From sequence record NC_008720.1: 64,000 bases of DNA. One strand, written 5' to 3'. The DNA comes from Escherichia phage N4. The notes under the pieces are model-generated. The model saw nothing but the letters and a program-made list of their open reading frames with translations. It made no database searches and was not told where the DNA came from. Both the position numbers and the translations under genes were made by a program. Positions 8,729 to 19,584 of this stretch are shown here, piece after piece (position 1 is the first letter of the stretch; every line of letters begins with the position of its first letter).

Positions 8729-8962
8729 ATGGCTAAACCACGTAAATTCCGTATTAAGGATAAGCCTGTAATGGGTAGTGCTGCTGGTCAGTCACATGAG
8801 AAAGGAGACATTGTTTATGAATGCCTTCAGTATGATTACGGCGTTGCTCATGATGACACTCGTGCTACTGGTGTCCCACATACCTCAGTAACTCTTGAGA
8901 AAGATGGTAGCTACCCATTCTTCACTGTTCCTACTCATAACCTGGAAGAAATTCATGATTGA
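8729..8962 (+). CDS. Hypothetical protein (77 aa)
   Basis: Track ORF 8711-8962; start moved to ATG 8729 with strong SD AGGAGG. Confidence 0.45.
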   Translation: MAKPRKFRIKDKPVMGSAAGQSHEKGDIVYECLQYDYGVAHDDTRATGVPHTSVTLEKDGSYPFFTVPTHNLEEIHD

Positions 8963-9281
8963 CCCAAATATCATCCATGCCAAAACAGGCGAATCCCATA
9001 AGCTGTCTGAATATTCCAAAGTAGAAGATATTGCAGTTTGTCCTGCAAATATTGCTTCTCTTTGCATCTGTATTGCAGAGCTATCTAAAGAACGCCAACT
9101 ATGGCTATCTCCTAATAAAACAATGGTTCAGGCAGGTCTGGCAGAAGTACAACGTATGCTGGATGAATGGTCTGAAGACCAGATGTTCATTGATGGCAAT
9201 GCAGAAGCAATAACCGATGACATGGCCTCTGATATGGCTGTGTTTGTATTACAAGCAATGGCTGAAAAGCGTAGTAGTTAA
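8955..9281 (+). CDS. Hypothetical protein (108 aa)
   Basis: Track ORF 8895-9281; start moved to ATG 8955, overlapping the upstream stop (ATGATTGA). Confidence 0.4.
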   Translation: MIDPNIIHAKTGESHKLSEYSKVEDIAVCPANIASLCICIAELSKERQLWLSPNKTMVQAGLAEVQRMLDEWSEDQMFIDGNAEAITDDMASDMAVFVLQAMAEKRSS

Positions 9282-9306
9282 TTAATAATTTACTGGAGAA
9301 AATTCG

Positions 9307-11832
9307 ATGCAAGTAGCTGACTCTACTGAACTGACCACATCAGCAACGTTGGGTGCTCAAGATGCTATGGCCTTCGGTATTTCTGAAGACCCAGCATTCT
9401 TCCAAATACTCAGTGCTAACCTCTATTCTAATCAGAAACTGGCAATGGTACGTGAGACATTGTGCAATAGCTGGGATGCTCATATTGAGGGGAATAAAAC
9501 AGATATTCCTATCCATGTAACCATTGATAAAGATGGTTTCCTTATCTTCCGTGACTATGGTTCTGGTATTCCTAAAGATAAGATTCAAGAGGTCTATGGG
9601 GTATATGGTGCATCTACCAAGAAAGCTAATACTGCTTCCACTGGTGGCTTTGGCTTAGGATGTAAATCCCCTATGGCCTATACAGACAGTTTTACTGTCA
9701 CATCTATGTGTGACGGAACCAAGACTGTCTATCACATTGCTAAATCTTCTGTTGAGACTAACGGTAAACCAGGGATTATTCCTATCGTTAGCGTACCTAC
9801 TGAAGAATCTGGGCTTGAAGTTAAAATTCAGCTTCAGTCAGAAGATATTTTAGAAATTGATTCATATATTCGAGCCATTGTATTACATGGTGAGATTAAA
9901 TGTATTTACTGCAATCAGTATACAGGACCAAATACAGTAGAATTACTGCCTGTACTGGGTATGTCTTTTGAACCAGGTAGCTATAACCTAGACCATAGCA
10001 CATGGCATAAATATTACATGGGCGGTCATTCAATATTTATCCGTTATGGTAATGTTATGTATCCTGCTTTGGATACTCCTGCTACGCATGAAGCATTAAA
10101 ACTGGTTAAACAGTTTATGCAGGTTATTAACTGTAGCCGTATCGTTGTTCAAGCTGCTCCATCATCACTAGCTGTAGCACCTAGCCGTGAAACATTGTCA
10201 TCTCAAAAAATGACCGAAGACGGTATCGTAAATTTGGCTGTAGCTTTAGTAGATAAAATGGAAGCAGATATTAAAGCCCGTCTTCCAAATGCTATTGAGT
10301 ATATTGGGAAAGCTATTAAAGAATATAGCCCTCACCGTTTTGAGGTAAATAGTTATTTGCCTTACACCAATTTAGTGCCTGATGTTATTGTCAGTCGTTA
10401 TATGTCTTCTACTTTATTCAGTAAGCAATATGCTCACCTGTGTAAGAAATGGGGAAATATGGAGATTGACCGTCAACTTGAACATCCTGCACTGGCTCAT
10501 TTCTCTGGTTCTCAAAAAGCCCATCTCCGTAAGCATTTAAAGAGGGCTAAGGATTTACGTAATTACAGGGAATTAACTAAAGTATTTACTGATATGGCTA
10601 TTAAGCCAATGTTCAAAACCTTTGCTAAATTGGGGATTACTAAAGGTATTTCCCTATTTCATTATCAATATGGTGTTGAACTGTGGCGTAATAATATTGT
10701 TAATAGTGTCCGTAGAATACACTCATTAAACTTCATGACTTATAGTTCTAAGAAGTGCCGTGTATTTGTTACCCCACGTATTACCAATATTGAAGATAGT
10801 CTGGCTGGGTATCCCGAATTTGATAATCTTTCTACTGAGACACTGGTGAAATATAACTCAATCATTGTCAAAGTTGGAACCAAGAAAGGTGAAGCAGAAG
10901 CTATGGCCAATCTGCTCACTAAAGCAGGATACGAAGTCATTAATATGGCTGAATATCATGAATGGGATTGTATAGCTCGTAGACGTAAAGAGGAACAAGA
11001 GGCTAAATTAGCCATTTCCAAATTACAAGCTAAGAAAGCTACTAATAAGAAAAAGGTTAGTCCTAACCGTCTTATTAGTATGAATATCCTTGAAATACCA
11101 AAAGAGCATCGTAGCTATTCGAGTGAGGTATGCGGTTCTCACTACGCTTCCCGTTCTCATGACCGAATGGTTGATGTAGATACTCCCCAGTATTACATCA
11201 TGCAGGAAGATATTAATAACTACACAGGAAGACTTGGTATTCTTTCTATGTGGCAATTAACTCCTGCTACCATTAAAGATGTGACTGTTGTTTGTCGTAA
11301 TAAAATTGAACGTAATAAAGCTATTAAGCGAGGTGCTGTTCATTTGGATGAATGGACTGCTCCGTATATTGCTTCGGTTCTTACATCCAAACAATTCATT
11401 AAGTATGTCACTAAAGAACGTCAGAAAACGTTAAGTGATATTGGTATTTACTCCAAACACCTCAGATTACTGAGAGAACTGGATATTACATACGCCCCAT
11501 TGAAAGGTCTGCGTTATGACCCAGAACTGGAGAATGCTTATCTCTTCTTACAAAGTAGTAGCTATCCTAAGCTACGTGCATTGTTAGGGAAGGGGCTGAT
11601 TACTGAAGAACAGTATCACTTCCTTAGTGATGTTGATGTGCATTGCAAGACTTTCAGTAAGTACTCGGAACTTCGTAGGATACCGAAGATGTTCCTCGAT
11701 ATTGATGCTGGGGGTTATATGTTGGCTGCATGTACTGTAGACACATTGCTTCGTGAAATCGAACAATTCCCTGAATCAATCCCTGCAATCAAACTGCTTG
11801 TAAAAGCTGCTCTTAAACGGAATACAGACTGA
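9307..11832 (+). CDS. rIIA: rIIA-like protein with N-terminal GHKL-type ATPase domain
   Basis: GHKL N-box-like CNSWDAHIEG (about nt 9463-9489) and G1-box-like FRDYGSGIP (nt 9550-9573); 841 aa; followed by a coupled large ORF (ATGA overlap) as in rIIA-rIIB pairs. Confidence 0.55.
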   Translation: MQVADSTELTTSATLGAQDAMAFGISEDPAFFQILSANLYSNQKLAMVRETLCNSWDAHIEGNKTDIPIHVTIDKDGFLIFRDYGSGIPKDKIQEVYGVYGASTKKANTASTGGFGLGCKSPMAYTDSFTVTSMCDGTKTVYHIAKSSVETNGKPGIIPIVSVPTEESGLEVKIQLQSEDILEIDSYIRAIVLHGEIKCIYCNQYTGPNTVELLPVLGMSFEPGSYNLDHSTWHKYYMGGHSIFIRYGNVMYPALDTPATHEALKLVKQFMQVINCSRIVVQAAPSSLAVAPSRETLSSQKMTEDGIVNLAVALVDKMEADIKARLPNAIEYIGKAIKEYSPHRFEVNSYLPYTNLVPDVIVSRYMSSTLFSKQYAHLCKKWGNMEIDRQLEHPALAHFSGSQKAHLRKHLKRAKDLRNYRELTKVFTDMAIKPMFKTFAKLGITKGISLFHYQYGVELWRNNIVNSVRRIHSLNFMTYSSKKCRVFVTPRITNIEDSLAGYPEFDNLSTETLVKYNSIIVKVGTKKGEAEAMANLLTKAGYEVINMAEYHEWDCIARRRKEEQEAKLAISKLQAKKATNKKKVSPNRLISMNILEIPKEHRSYSSEVCGSHYASRSHDRMVDVDTPQYYIMQEDINNYTGRLGILSMWQLTPATIKDVTVVCRNKIERNKAIKRGAVHLDEWTAPYIASVLTSKQFIKYVTKERQKTLSDIGIYSKHLRLLRELDITYAPLKGLRYDPELENAYLFLQSSSYPKLRALLGKGLITEEQYHFLSDVDVHCKTFSKYSELRRIPKMFLDIDAGGYMLAACTVDTLLREIEQFPESIPAIKLLVKAALKRNTD

Positions 11833-13922
11833 TGAAACGAAATTATCTCGCCATTATTGCCCTGTCAGTAGACAGCCGTAACCTCACCTTATGGCAACCA
11901 GATGGTTCTACTATGGTCATCCCCCAAGGGGATGCCCGTGTACCTCGTATTGTTGCTGAAGCAAAAGAAAAGAATCTTACCCCAGGTAAGATTATTGAAG
12001 TGGATGTCACTATCGAAGCTCAGATTCGTCAAGAGTTTCTAGACGCTGAACGTGATACAGGTGGCTTTGTTAAATTCTTCCGTATTACCAAGAAGAAGCT
12101 GCAAGAGTTCTTTTTGGGGGAAGAGGAAGAACAAGTCCCTCATGTATCACCTGTAGAGTTAGGTGCTAAACCAACTGCTTTCAATGCTTTTATTGCTAAT
12201 GCTGTAGGCAAAACTCTTGCTGTACAACATGCATCATTAAAAGCACCTGAACCAGAAATGACAGTTACTCATGAGCGTTTTTACGGTAACTATGCTGTAT
12301 GGATTACAGATGTAGACCCACGGAATCATCGTATTGAGGTTATTCATGTTATCCGTGAAATCTCAGGAAGAACCAGTGAATATGTCAATAACCTGCTGGC
12401 TCAACCAACTCCATTCAAAGTGTTTGATTGGCTCACAGAGACTCAGGCTAAAGAATTTGTAAGACGTCTGAATAACACTCAGGGTGTTATCTCTGTCTAT
12501 AACAAACTGGAAGACGGTATTCCTGCTAAGGTTGCCGTGAAAGCTACAGAGCCAACCAATAAAGAAAAGCTGGAAGCTGCATCATCTAAGCTGAAAGCTA
12601 TGGGTGCTGTCGCTACTGATGCTTACGAGTTTCATACTGACTTGAATGAGAATGAAGAGACTATTGTAGCTGTAGTAAATGATAAGGTGGTTCCTGATGT
12701 TCAGAACCTACATCGTCATATCCGTCAATCTGCAAATTTGAAAGACTATAAAGGCTTTACTAAGTTTCTTGAACGCCTGTCTACTGTAATTGATAAACGT
12801 CGTCACTCTGTTGAAGACCTGATGAAGTTTATGGAAAAAGGTGACCTGCCAATTGCAGATGATGGCTCCATTGTTATCTTCAAACGTCTGGAAAGCAAAG
12901 ACAATCCTGAACATCTTAAAGATGTAATGGATGATGTATTTGTTGATTGCCATTCTAAGAAGATTGAGCAATGCGTTGGTATGCGTGTAATGGTTAGAGA
13001 AAGCCTTGTAGACCAGAACCGTCGTAAAGACTGTTCTCATGGTTTGCACGTAGCTTCTCTGCAATACATTCGTAATTTCTCAGGCAACGTAACCATTATT
13101 GGTAAAGTTGCTCCAGAGGATGTATTTGCAGTACCAGAATACGATGTTACTAAGATGCGTGTATCTGCTTATCACATCATTACCAAGCTACCTGACGCTA
13201 TTCGTGACCATGTTAATAATGGCAATCCAATCTCCACCATTGAGGGTGGTACGGAAATTCTGAACATGGTTCTCAGTGGTAATCACCCTGAACCTTCTCG
13301 TCAGGTACTGGTTGGTGGTCATTATGGAACCAATCTGACTTATTCAGAACTCACCCGTAATTATCTGGATGATGTGGAAGACATCGTTATTCCAGATGAA
13401 CCAGTAATTAAGAAAACTGCCTTGAATATGGAAGAGAGCTTTACGGCAACTAATCCTAAAGCCGAACCAGTGAAGGCAACGGATGTTAAACCTATTAAGA
13501 AGACTAAGATGGAAATTCTTAAAGACCTTTGGAACCAGTTCCTGAAAGCAGAGACTTCTAATGAAGCTATTACGCTGGCTGATGAAATCATTGCTGCTAA
13601 GGGCAAATGTAAGAAGTCATGGGCTTCTTTAGGCTTCAGTGGTGACATGGTTCAGAAACTGATTGATGCTCGTGCTAATAAGCCTAAGCCAGAAAAAGCA
13701 GTCAAACAGGATAAAACTGTTGCACCTAAGAAAACTACAGTCACTCGTAGTCGGAATGCTGATGTTATTCGTAGTTATCTGAATGACAAAGGTATGTCTG
13801 ATTACTGTAAAGCTCATGCCATTCACGATGTGAAACGTGCTGCTAAGAAGTCTTATGCTGCACTGGGTCTGACTCCTGAAGAATGCAGCCAAATTGATAA
13901 ACTGAAGCATCATCTGAAGTAA
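11832..13922 (+). CDS. rIIB: rIIB-like protein (putative)
   Basis: 696-aa ORF translationally coupled to the rIIA-like gene; assigned by position and size only. Confidence 0.4.
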   Translation: MKRNYLAIIALSVDSRNLTLWQPDGSTMVIPQGDARVPRIVAEAKEKNLTPGKIIEVDVTIEAQIRQEFLDAERDTGGFVKFFRITKKKLQEFFLGEEEEQVPHVSPVELGAKPTAFNAFIANAVGKTLAVQHASLKAPEPEMTVTHERFYGNYAVWITDVDPRNHRIEVIHVIREISGRTSEYVNNLLAQPTPFKVFDWLTETQAKEFVRRLNNTQGVISVYNKLEDGIPAKVAVKATEPTNKEKLEAASSKLKAMGAVATDAYEFHTDLNENEETIVAVVNDKVVPDVQNLHRHIRQSANLKDYKGFTKFLERLSTVIDKRRHSVEDLMKFMEKGDLPIADDGSIVIFKRLESKDNPEHLKDVMDDVFVDCHSKKIEQCVGMRVMVRESLVDQNRRKDCSHGLHVASLQYIRNFSGNVTIIGKVAPEDVFAVPEYDVTKMRVSAYHIITKLPDAIRDHVNNGNPISTIEGGTEILNMVLSGNHPEPSRQVLVGGHYGTNLTYSELTRNYLDDVEDIVIPDEPVIKKTALNMEESFTATNPKAEPVKATDVKPIKKTKMEILKDLWNQFLKAETSNEAITLADEIIAAKGKCKKSWASLGFSGDMVQKLIDARANKPKPEKAVKQDKTVAPKKTTVTRSRNADVIRSYLNDKGMSDYCKAHAIHDVKRAAKKSYAALGLTPEECSQIDKLKHHLK

Positions 13923-13989
13923 GTAGGTTAACTATTCAAGTAGCTCCAGTTGAAATATACTGGAGCTATCTTTGAAGAGGATACATACT

Positions 13990-14385
13990 ATGGCCAAAGT
14001 TTATCGTGCTAACCGTAAAGCCTATGATGACGATATTATTCGTATGAATGCAGTCGGTTTATCATTGGGAACCATTGCTAAAACATTAGGTGTTCACCCC
14101 ACTACAGTTACCTTACGATTACGCTCTCTTGGTATTGAACCAGCCGACACACGTCGAACATTTATGGAGAACGTATTAGCACCATTACCTACTCACGTAG
14201 CTGATTGGTTATCGGAACAAGTAGGACCAAAGTATGAGATTCGACAATACGTTCGAGACTTATTACTGGAAGCCTACAATAATCGTCATAATCATAAGGA
14301 AACTGCCCATGAACGATTCCTCAAAAGATACGTTGGTACAAACCCAGAACTGGTTTCTGAAGGCAGTACCCAACCCAACGAGTAA
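13990..14385 (+). CDS. Helix-turn-helix DNA-binding protein
   Basis: Track ORF 13972-14385; start moved to ATG 13990. HTH-like GLSLGTIAKTLGVHPTTVTLRLRSLGI. Confidence 0.5.
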   Translation: MAKVYRANRKAYDDDIIRMNAVGLSLGTIAKTLGVHPTTVTLRLRSLGIEPADTRRTFMENVLAPLPTHVADWLSEQVGPKYEIRQYVRDLLLEAYNNRHNHKETAHERFLKRYVGTNPELVSEGSTQPNE

Positions 14386-14761
14386 AAACATTAGTACCCA
14401 GATTGGTTGCCATCTGGAAGAAGTAGCAGAAATGCTAGAAGCAATATGCAGCGTCTATAAGGAAGACGATAAGAAAATAGCTTATCTGAGAGAAGCCATT
14501 GTTCATGTAGCAGACCTCATTAAACAAAATGGGGGTATTGCTGTGAAAGACCCAAATGATCTTTTAGATAGTATTGCTGACCAGATTGTTACAGCAACTG
14601 GCGTCGGTACTTTCTTGGGTATGAACGTACCTGGAGCACTCACTGAAGTGAACCGTTCTAATTATTCAAAATTTGAAGACGGTGAGCCTGTTTTCAATGA
14701 GAATAAGAAAGTAATGAAAGGTAAGGATTATACTCCGCCTGATTTAACCCCATTCATTTAA
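14309..14761 (+). CDS. Putative all-alpha NTP pyrophosphohydrolase (MazG-like); start uncertain
   Basis: Track ORF 14234-14761; first ATG with an SD (AAGGAAA) is 14309, which overlaps the HTH gene by 77 nt out of frame. EExxE...E...D pattern (HLEEVAEMLEA...REAIVHVAD). Confidence 0.35.
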   Translation: MNDSSKDTLVQTQNWFLKAVPNPTSKNISTQIGCHLEEVAEMLEAICSVYKEDDKKIAYLREAIVHVADLIKQNGGIAVKDPNDLLDSIADQIVTATGVGTFLGMNVPGALTEVNRSNYSKFEDGEPVFNENKKVMKGKDYTPPDLTPFI

Positions 14762-14765
14762 AAGA

Positions 14766-14788
14766 GCCGCCCATATAGGGCGGTTTTT
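14766..14788 (+). terminator. Rho-independent terminator
   Basis: CCGCCC-atata-GGGCGG followed by TTTTT. Confidence 0.6.
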
Positions 14789-14803
14789 GTATCTGGAGAA
14801 CTC

Positions 14804-16123
14804 ATGTATAAAAGTACTACTAAGCTGCCACTAAATCCTGGTCAAGAGGCAGCGGCAGAAGGTTTCTTCGACTTTCTGCTCGACCCCAATGCTTCTGAAC
14901 TTCGTATTAGTGGACCTGGTGGTACAGGCAAGACATTTACAATGGCTCATATGATTGACGAGATTATGCCTCGTTATCATGAGACATGCAGTCTGATGGG
15001 AATCCCTGCTCTCTATAACGAAGTTATTATGACTGCTACTACTAATAAGGCAGCAGAAGTATTAGCCCGTGCAACAGGACGTCCTACGTCTACCTATCAT
15101 TCCTTTCAAGGTCTGACAGTACGGAATAACCTGAAGACTGGAGAAGCAGACCTGATTCCATCTAAGTCCTTCAGTATCAAAAAGAATAAGGTCATCTTTA
15201 TTGATGAAGCATCAATGATTGACCGTAAACTGAAGAAGTTTATTAACGAAGGTACTCACCAAAGTAAGATTGTTTACTTGGGTGATAAATGCCAATTGTT
15301 GCCTGTAAAGGAAACTTCTTCCCCTGTCTACAATGACAGTAGCATTAAAGAGTTTATGCTGACCCAGCAGATGCGTACTGATGTCCCTGAACTCCATGCA
15401 CTGCATGAACAGCTTCGTGGAACCATTGAAGGTAAGCACGGATTCCTGCCTATTAAAGCAGTTCCGGGTATTATCGACTGGATTGAAGATGGTGATGAAA
15501 TGAGAAAAGAAGTCGAGGGTCATTTCATGACTAAGACTGACACTCGTATTGTTGCCTACACCAACCAACAGGTTGTTAACTATAACACCTTCATTCGAGC
15601 CATGAATGGATTCCACGGGGAGTTCTGTATTGGTGAAGAGTTAGTAAGTAACTCTGCTATTCAGATTGGTGCTGGTGACCGCCTCAGTATTGAACAGGAA
15701 TGCCAAATTGTTGACCAGGATTCTGCTACTCGTAAGATTCTGATTGATTCCTCTGGTATCGAATTAGAAGTACGTGATTGCACTCTGGATACTGGTTATG
15801 GTGGTGTCTTTGAAGGTATCCCTATTCCGGTAGATATGGATTATTTCATTCGTTTGCAAAAGTACTATGCACACCAAAAGAACTGGGAACGTCATTTCTA
15901 TTTGAAAGAAACATTCCCTGAACTTCGGGCATTACATGCTTCTACTGTGCATAAGTCGCAAGGTTCTACCTACGACACCATCTTTATTGATGCTACTGAT
16001 TTATCTACTTGCCGTCAGCCTGATGTAGTAGCACGTCTGCTTTATGTAGCAGTATCTCGTGCTCGTCATCGTGTTGTGTTCTATGGCTCTTTGGCAGAGA
16101 AATTTGGTGGTCTGGTTCGCTAA
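14804..16123 (+). CDS. SF1 DNA helicase, Dda/RecD-like
   Basis: Walker A GPGGTGKTF (nt 14912-14935), Walker B IFIDEASMI, HKSQGSTYD, and motif VI YVAVSRARHRVVFY. Confidence 0.85.
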   Translation: MYKSTTKLPLNPGQEAAAEGFFDFLLDPNASELRISGPGGTGKTFTMAHMIDEIMPRYHETCSLMGIPALYNEVIMTATTNKAAEVLARATGRPTSTYHSFQGLTVRNNLKTGEADLIPSKSFSIKKNKVIFIDEASMIDRKLKKFINEGTHQSKIVYLGDKCQLLPVKETSSPVYNDSSIKEFMLTQQMRTDVPELHALHEQLRGTIEGKHGFLPIKAVPGIIDWIEDGDEMRKEVEGHFMTKTDTRIVAYTNQQVVNYNTFIRAMNGFHGEFCIGEELVSNSAIQIGAGDRLSIEQECQIVDQDSATRKILIDSSGIELEVRDCTLDTGYGGVFEGIPIPVDMDYFIRLQKYYAHQKNWERHFYLKETFPELRALHASTVHKSQGSTYDTIFIDATDLSTCRQPDVVARLLYVAVSRARHRVVFYGSLAEKFGGLVR

Positions 16124-16132
16124 GGAGAACTT

Positions 16133-16660
16133 ATGCAACTGGGTGAAAAACAAATCCGTGAAATGACTAATAGTAGTGAACTGGTTCAGGAATTATTCTT
16201 AGCCGAGTTACGTCGGCTAGATAAAGTGCTGGATAGTATCATTACACGTAATGGGGAAACATTCGCTGTATATAACTCAACAGGATTCCTGTATTTAGGG
16301 GAGTTCTATTCGAGTTCTCGTTCATCACAACAACCCCCTTCTGGTCATCGTCTGGCTCTGGCTAATCACCTACTGGATGGTATGCGGGAGTATCTGGAAC
16401 AAGCAGGTAAACTTCTGCTAGAAGTCCATATGGTAAATCAGATGGTCTTTCGTCTGGTTCAGGGCTGTAAGACTTATCAAGACGTTCGTGATGCATTGCC
16501 AGAATGCCTCATTGCTATGGATAAACAGGGTCATCTGAAATCCTTACAGAGAACCAGAAAGGCAGCATTTACTCTGGATAATGATGCTATGGCTCTCCGT
16601 CAGTATGAGAAAATCTTGCCGATTATCGAATACTATGCGGGAACCCATCTTATCTTTTGA
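16133..16660 (+). CDS. Hypothetical protein (175 aa)
   Basis: ORF-track ORF between the helicase and polymerase genes. Confidence 0.45.
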   Translation: MQLGEKQIREMTNSSELVQELFLAELRRLDKVLDSIITRNGETFAVYNSTGFLYLGEFYSSSRSSQQPPSGHRLALANHLLDGMREYLEQAGKLLLEVHMVNQMVFRLVQGCKTYQDVRDALPECLIAMDKQGHLKSLQRTRKAAFTLDNDAMALRQYEKILPIIEYYAGTHLIF

Positions 16661-16667
16661 GGTCTGT

Positions 16668-19247
16668 ATGCGTCACATTACATTCAACAATGAGGGTATC
16701 TACCCTATTGCTATCCTTGCTACAACGTTACGTAAGGATGATATTGTCAAAGCATACATGGAACCCTGGGATGTAGATAAAGATTCAGTAATGATTCTTG
16801 AACTTCATACAGCCCCAGGGAAAAAGAAAACTCCTGCTAAAGAGATGCAGGAGTTTATTACCCAAGAATTAGTGCCAGCATTCGAAGCAGCACAAACTCA
16901 GTATATCATCTGTGGTGATTCTGAATATTACAAACAGCTAACCAAACAAGGTAAAGCTGATGCCAATATTGGCTATGTAATGGATTGTGCTTATGGGAAC
17001 CAGAAAGTTATTTACGTTCCCAATTACAGACAAATCTTTTATGACCCAGATAAGGTAAAGACTAAGATTGCTTTATCCATGCAGGCTCTGATTGATTATG
17101 TCTCTGGTTCTTATGTTGAACCAGGAACTAAGATTATCCACTATGCTGATTATCCATTAACTCCAGAAGCTATATCTAAGTGGTTGGATAAGTTACTGGA
17201 GATGAATGTTCCATTAGCAGTAGATATAGAAACCTTCAGTCTGAAGCATTATGACTGTGGTATAGGCACTATTACATTCTGTTGGAACAAGCACGAAGGG
17301 ATAGCATTCCCTGTGGATTACGAACCAATTGAGGGAGCTACCGAAGCTCCTTATGGTAGACAGGTTCACAACATGCTTGTTCGCTCTATGCTCAGAGACT
17401 TTTTTATTAAGTATCTGAACAGGCAGATGTATCACAATATTGCCTTTGACGTATATGCACTCATTTACCAGTTATTTATGACAGACCTTCTGGATACGGA
17501 AGGATTGTTGCATGGCATGAGTATCATGCTAAGAAACTGGGATTGCACTAAGTTAATTACCTATCTGGCTACTAATTCTTGTGCTGGTAATAAGCTAAGT
17601 CTTAAAGACCAAGCTCAGGAATATGCTGGTAACTATGCTCAGGAAGAAATCAATGACATTACCAGAATCCCATTAGCAGAGTTGTTGGAATACAACTTAG
17701 TGGATGGATTGTGTACCTGGTATGTCTATGAAAAGCATTGGGATACTCTAGTTAATGACCAACAGTTAGATGTTTATACAAACATCTTTAAACCTGCATG
17801 TGAAGATATTATTCAAATGCAGTTAACTGGGATGCCTATCAATATGAAGACAGTATTGGGGGTAGAAGAGGCATTAACCCAAGACTATAACAATGCGTTA
17901 AAAACAATTGCTGACAGTAAAGTAATCAAAGATTTTACCCGTCTTCTTAATGAAGAATGGGTAGAAAAACAGAACCAGATTCTGAAGAAGAAACGAGTAA
18001 CTTTAGCTGATGCTAAAGAGCAGTTTAATCCAAACTCAGGTGTTCAATTACAGAAGCTACTTTTTGAGTTTCTGGAGTTACCTGTACTGGGTCTGACTGC
18101 AAGTAAACTACCTGCTACTGGTAGTGGCATACTCAAGTCTTTGAAGAACCATACCCAAGATACCAGTATTCTGGAAATTCTTGACGCTCTGATTGATTAC
18201 AAAGCTGTAGATAAAATTCTGACAGCATTCATCCCAGCATTAAAAAATGCCAGACAAGGACCAGATGGTTGGCATTATCTCTTTGGTAACCTGAACTTAG
18301 GTGGAACTGTATCAGGTCGTCTATCCAGTAGCGAACCAAACCTACAGAACCTACCTTCTGGTTCCAGGTATGCCAAGATAATTAAGAAATGCTTTGAAGC
18401 CCCTCCTGGATGGATATTCTGTGGGCTAGACTTTGCTTCTCTCGAAGACCGTATATCTGCTTTAACAACCAAAGACCCTAATAAACTGAAGGTGTATACC
18501 GATGGTTACGATGGGCATAGTCTTCGTGCGTATGCTTACTTCGGTGAGATGATGCCTGACATTGAAGATACGGTAGAGTCTGTTAATTCTATTCAGGAGA
18601 AGTACAAAGCATATCGTCAGGATTCTAAAGCACCTACCTTTGCTCTTACCTATCAGGGCACGTACATCACTTTGATGAAGAACTGTGGTTTCCCTGAACA
18701 GAAAGCTCGAATGGTTGAGGAACGTTATCATACACTTTATAAGGTAAGTGATGACTGGGTTCAGGCTAAACTAGACCAAGCTGCAAAAGATGGTTATGTA
18801 ACCGTAGCATTTGGCCTGAGAGTCAGAACCCCCTTACTTCAACAAGTTATCCGTGGAACCAGTAAAACTCCTTATGAAGCTGAAGCTGAAGGACGTACTG
18901 CTGGTAATGCATTAGGCCAAAGTTGGTGTCTTCTGAATAACCGTGCTGGTTCAGAGTTCATGCGTAAGGTGCGGAATAGTAAGCATCGTCTTGATATTCG
19001 TCCAAGTACCCATATCCATGATGCTCAGTATTTCCTTATCCGTGATGATATGGATGTTGTGATATATACCAATACTCATTTGGTGAAAGCAGTACAATGG
19101 CAAGACCATCCTGATATTGCCCATCCAGATGTTCATTTGGGTGGGGAACTCTCCTTATTTTACCCAACGTGGGCTAACGAGATTGAAATTCCAAACTACG
19201 CTACGCCCGAACAAGTCCATGAAGCAATCCAAAAGGCATTTAAATGA
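16668..19247 (+). CDS. DNA polymerase, family A, with 3'-5' exonuclease domain
   Basis: Track ORF 16581-19247; start moved to ATG 16668 (GAGG 5 nt upstream, just after the upstream stop). Exo I LAVDIETF (nt 17219-17236), motif A DFASLEDR (18429-18452), motif B KAPTFALTYQG, motif C HIHDAQ (19010-19027). Confidence 0.9.
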   Translation: MRHITFNNEGIYPIAILATTLRKDDIVKAYMEPWDVDKDSVMILELHTAPGKKKTPAKEMQEFITQELVPAFEAAQTQYIICGDSEYYKQLTKQGKADANIGYVMDCAYGNQKVIYVPNYRQIFYDPDKVKTKIALSMQALIDYVSGSYVEPGTKIIHYADYPLTPEAISKWLDKLLEMNVPLAVDIETFSLKHYDCGIGTITFCWNKHEGIAFPVDYEPIEGATEAPYGRQVHNMLVRSMLRDFFIKYLNRQMYHNIAFDVYALIYQLFMTDLLDTEGLLHGMSIMLRNWDCTKLITYLATNSCAGNKLSLKDQAQEYAGNYAQEEINDITRIPLAELLEYNLVDGLCTWYVYEKHWDTLVNDQQLDVYTNIFKPACEDIIQMQLTGMPINMKTVLGVEEALTQDYNNALKTIADSKVIKDFTRLLNEEWVEKQNQILKKKRVTLADAKEQFNPNSGVQLQKLLFEFLELPVLGLTASKLPATGSGILKSLKNHTQDTSILEILDALIDYKAVDKILTAFIPALKNARQGPDGWHYLFGNLNLGGTVSGRLSSSEPNLQNLPSGSRYAKIIKKCFEAPPGWIFCGLDFASLEDRISALTTKDPNKLKVYTDGYDGHSLRAYAYFGEMMPDIEDTVESVNSIQEKYKAYRQDSKAPTFALTYQGTYITLMKNCGFPEQKARMVEERYHTLYKVSDDWVQAKLDQAAKDGYVTVAFGLRVRTPLLQQVIRGTSKTPYEAEAEGRTAGNALGQSWCLLNNRAGSEFMRKVRNSKHRLDIRPSTHIHDAQYFLIRDDMDVVIYTNTHLVKAVQWQDHPDIAHPDVHLGGELSLFYPTWANEIEIPNYATPEQVHEAIQKAFK

Positions 19248-19582
19248 CCAAACAAATTGAAGAGAAAAAGCATCACTGGTTAGTAGCAGCTCAACTGACT
19301 TTTGTTATTCCTGATAACAAAGATGGGCAGGAAGGTGCTGTTATTGTTCAGAACACTATGCTGCTTACTGAAGAGAAACAGGTAACTTTCCGTGACCTGG
19401 GACGTGCTCAGTCTGCTCTGTTTCAGAATCTGAATGACCGTTTTGGTCAAGTGGTAGATGTACGGGATATTGTATTCCTGAACGTTAGCTACCTGGGTCA
19501 TATGAGCCAGCCTGACTTCCAGCAAAATCTGGTAACTAAAGATACTGCTGCGAAGAAAGCTAAACTGAAAGCTGTGGAGTAA
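19244..19582 (+). CDS. Hypothetical protein (112 aa)
   Basis: ATGA overlap with the polymerase stop. Confidence 0.45.
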   Translation: MTKQIEEKKHHWLVAAQLTFVIPDNKDGQEGAVIVQNTMLLTEEKQVTFRDLGRAQSALFQNLNDRFGQVVDVRDIVFLNVSYLGHMSQPDFQQNLVTKDTAAKKAKLKAVE

Positions 19583-19584
19583 TC

